Shown: one piece after another, positions 62,298 to 64,000 of the stretch
Numbering within the stretch: position 1 is the stretch's first letter
Layout of the letters: each line of letters starts with the position of its first letter
NCBI RefSeq assembly: GCF_018350175.1
Contig: NC_058368.1
Coordinates: 3,348,001-3,412,000, forward strand
Origin: Felis catus
Lineage: Eukaryota
Length of the DNA stretch: 64,000 nucleotides
Reading direction: 5' to 3'
Translations under genes and position numbers: made by a program
The notes under the pieces: model-generated
What the model saw: the letters and a program-made list of their open reading frames with translations, nothing else
Database searches by the model: none
What the model was told of the DNA's origin: nothing

Positions 62298-64000
62298 AAA
62301 AAGAATCTCCATCCAATTTGCATTAGAAAAAATGGATATTCCAGAGCCAGTCTTATATATGGTATGATATTCTTGTAAAAATATGTAAGAAAGTTGTACG
62401 GTACTAGAGTGTGGCAGAAAATATGTGGTAAGTGATGCATTCAGGTGATGATGGCCACCACTGAAAGGACTGGGTGCGTGGTAGCCGAAAAAGTGTATTT
62501 TATTTGTAGTGTCTGATTTTTTTTTTTTACATCTACCCATGACTTCCAATATACTTAAAAATAAAATGTAATAAAATTCAAGCCAAGGAGAAATGAAAAA
62601 GAAAACAAATTAAAATTTTAATTTTGTTCAAAATAAAAAGTAAAACGTGTTGAGTTTATATATTAAAGCATTTTTTGAAGTGTTTTTGCCAATATTAGCT
62701 TATTTAACAATCCTCATAACGATTCTGTGGACCAGGTACTATTTTTATCCCCATTCTAAAGATTTAGAGAGGACAGGGAGTTTAAGTAGGATCAAATGAG
62801 ATAACAGTTTATGCTCTTCATACATTTAAGAGGGAAAGGAGTTAAACAGTAGACAGAGTTAAAAGCAGACAGGCCCTTCTGGGGAAATATTTATTCAGGG
62901 CCATCCCTAAGCGATTTCTATAAACATAGGAGAATATGTGGTCCAAATGGAAAACTCTAAAATAGACCTGATGATATAAAACTTAAAATTCAGCCCAGCT
63001 CTGATGGTGAAGGAAAGATCTTATGTACCTGCCATAAACTGCTATGTCCTCATTTCATTATGAGTCTTTGGATGTAGCTGGTTTAGAACAAATCAAGGAG
63101 CCTCATGATTATCCCTACTCTTAAGTTACAGTCTTTTGTAAGATTATCTGCAACCGTCTGCCAAATTCGGGACTCAACTTCCCTCCACCAGCCTGGTAAT
63201 AAATGTAGGTAATTAGTCTAGAGAGCTTTCTAGTGTTCAGTAAGCAGTGCCCATAGATACATCACATGGCAGGACCCATGGAAAGAAGAGCGGGGCACAC
63301 GCCCCAAAGCCACGGGTACCACCGTCACCTCTCTCTGCTCCTGCTTTTGCTTTGTATTCCTTCCTGTTGTCTCTGGCAACACGTATGTCATTATCCTTAT
63401 GCAAGGGACACTGTAGGTGTGTGTGAAGAAGAGAACACTTTCTAGAAGATCCTTTCTACATCTGGTGCGTGAATGATGGACAAATCTAAGAGCGAAAACA
63501 CGTACAAAATCACCACCATACAAGGCAGAGACAGTGAAGTGCATGAATAACGTGAAGTATAATCTTCTTAGAATCAGCAAAATGTTCCAATTGTGTGCCA
63601 TATTTTCCGTAATGACATGCTACTCTGTAATTGCACTTTATTACACATGGTTTCTCAGAATTTTATGAATTTGTAGGACAATAAATAAACAAGAAAATAA
63701 TTCAGCAAGGACAAATAAGGCTGTGGTGGATTTTTCCCTGGAATGTACATTTACACCATTTTTCTTTCCAAACCACATTGTGCATTTGATTCTTTTAAAA
63801 ATGTGTGAAGGAACCAAAATGACAGGTTAGTCTGGATATGATATTGCTCTTGGAGCGATTTATGTGATTTTTTTTTAACTCTTTGATCTTAAATCAAGTT
63901 CACCAACCATAAATCCTAGAACAAAACTAACAGGGCAAGAAAGGCTTCATGGTTGAAATATATATCGATACTCTATAATGTCTTAAAAATCATCTCTTTT

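Noticed and set aside
63230..63601. 123-aa minus-strand ORF
   Set aside because: No recognisable homology or supporting splice structure
1..64000. CRISPR array, prokaryotic system or non-retroviral endogenous viral element
   Set aside because: No regularly spaced repeat-spacer units, no operon-like ORF density, no ORF resembling borna-, filo- or parvoviral proteins

Overview
Mammalian, almost certainly felid, genomic DNA: it carries about 20 tRNA-derived Can-SINEs, several of the SINEC_Fc type. The window is AT-rich and dominated by interspersed repeats. These include a decayed full-length carnivore LINE-1 (48373-55355) inserted in a hAT/Charlie fossil, several older nested L1 fragments, L2/MIR relics, MaLR LTRs, a solo LTR with an intact 4-bp TSD (11651-11953), two ancient ERV-L relics (gag-pro on +, pol on -), MER53, MER45-like and Tigger2-like MITEs, and microsatellites. 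I recognise no intact protein-coding gene; the ORF track is explained by TE fragments or chance ORFs. The main unexplained structure is a CpG-richer, repeat-poor block at about 40.7-45.1 kb holding several minus-strand exon-like segments with canonical splice sites, one closed in all three frames, which suggests a spliced lncRNA or decayed gene. A near-perfect 16-bp hairpin lies just beyond it. I find no CRISPR, rRNA, functional tRNA or convincing novel system. Repeat family names come from recalled consensus similarity, not a database search, and boundaries of old elements are approximate.
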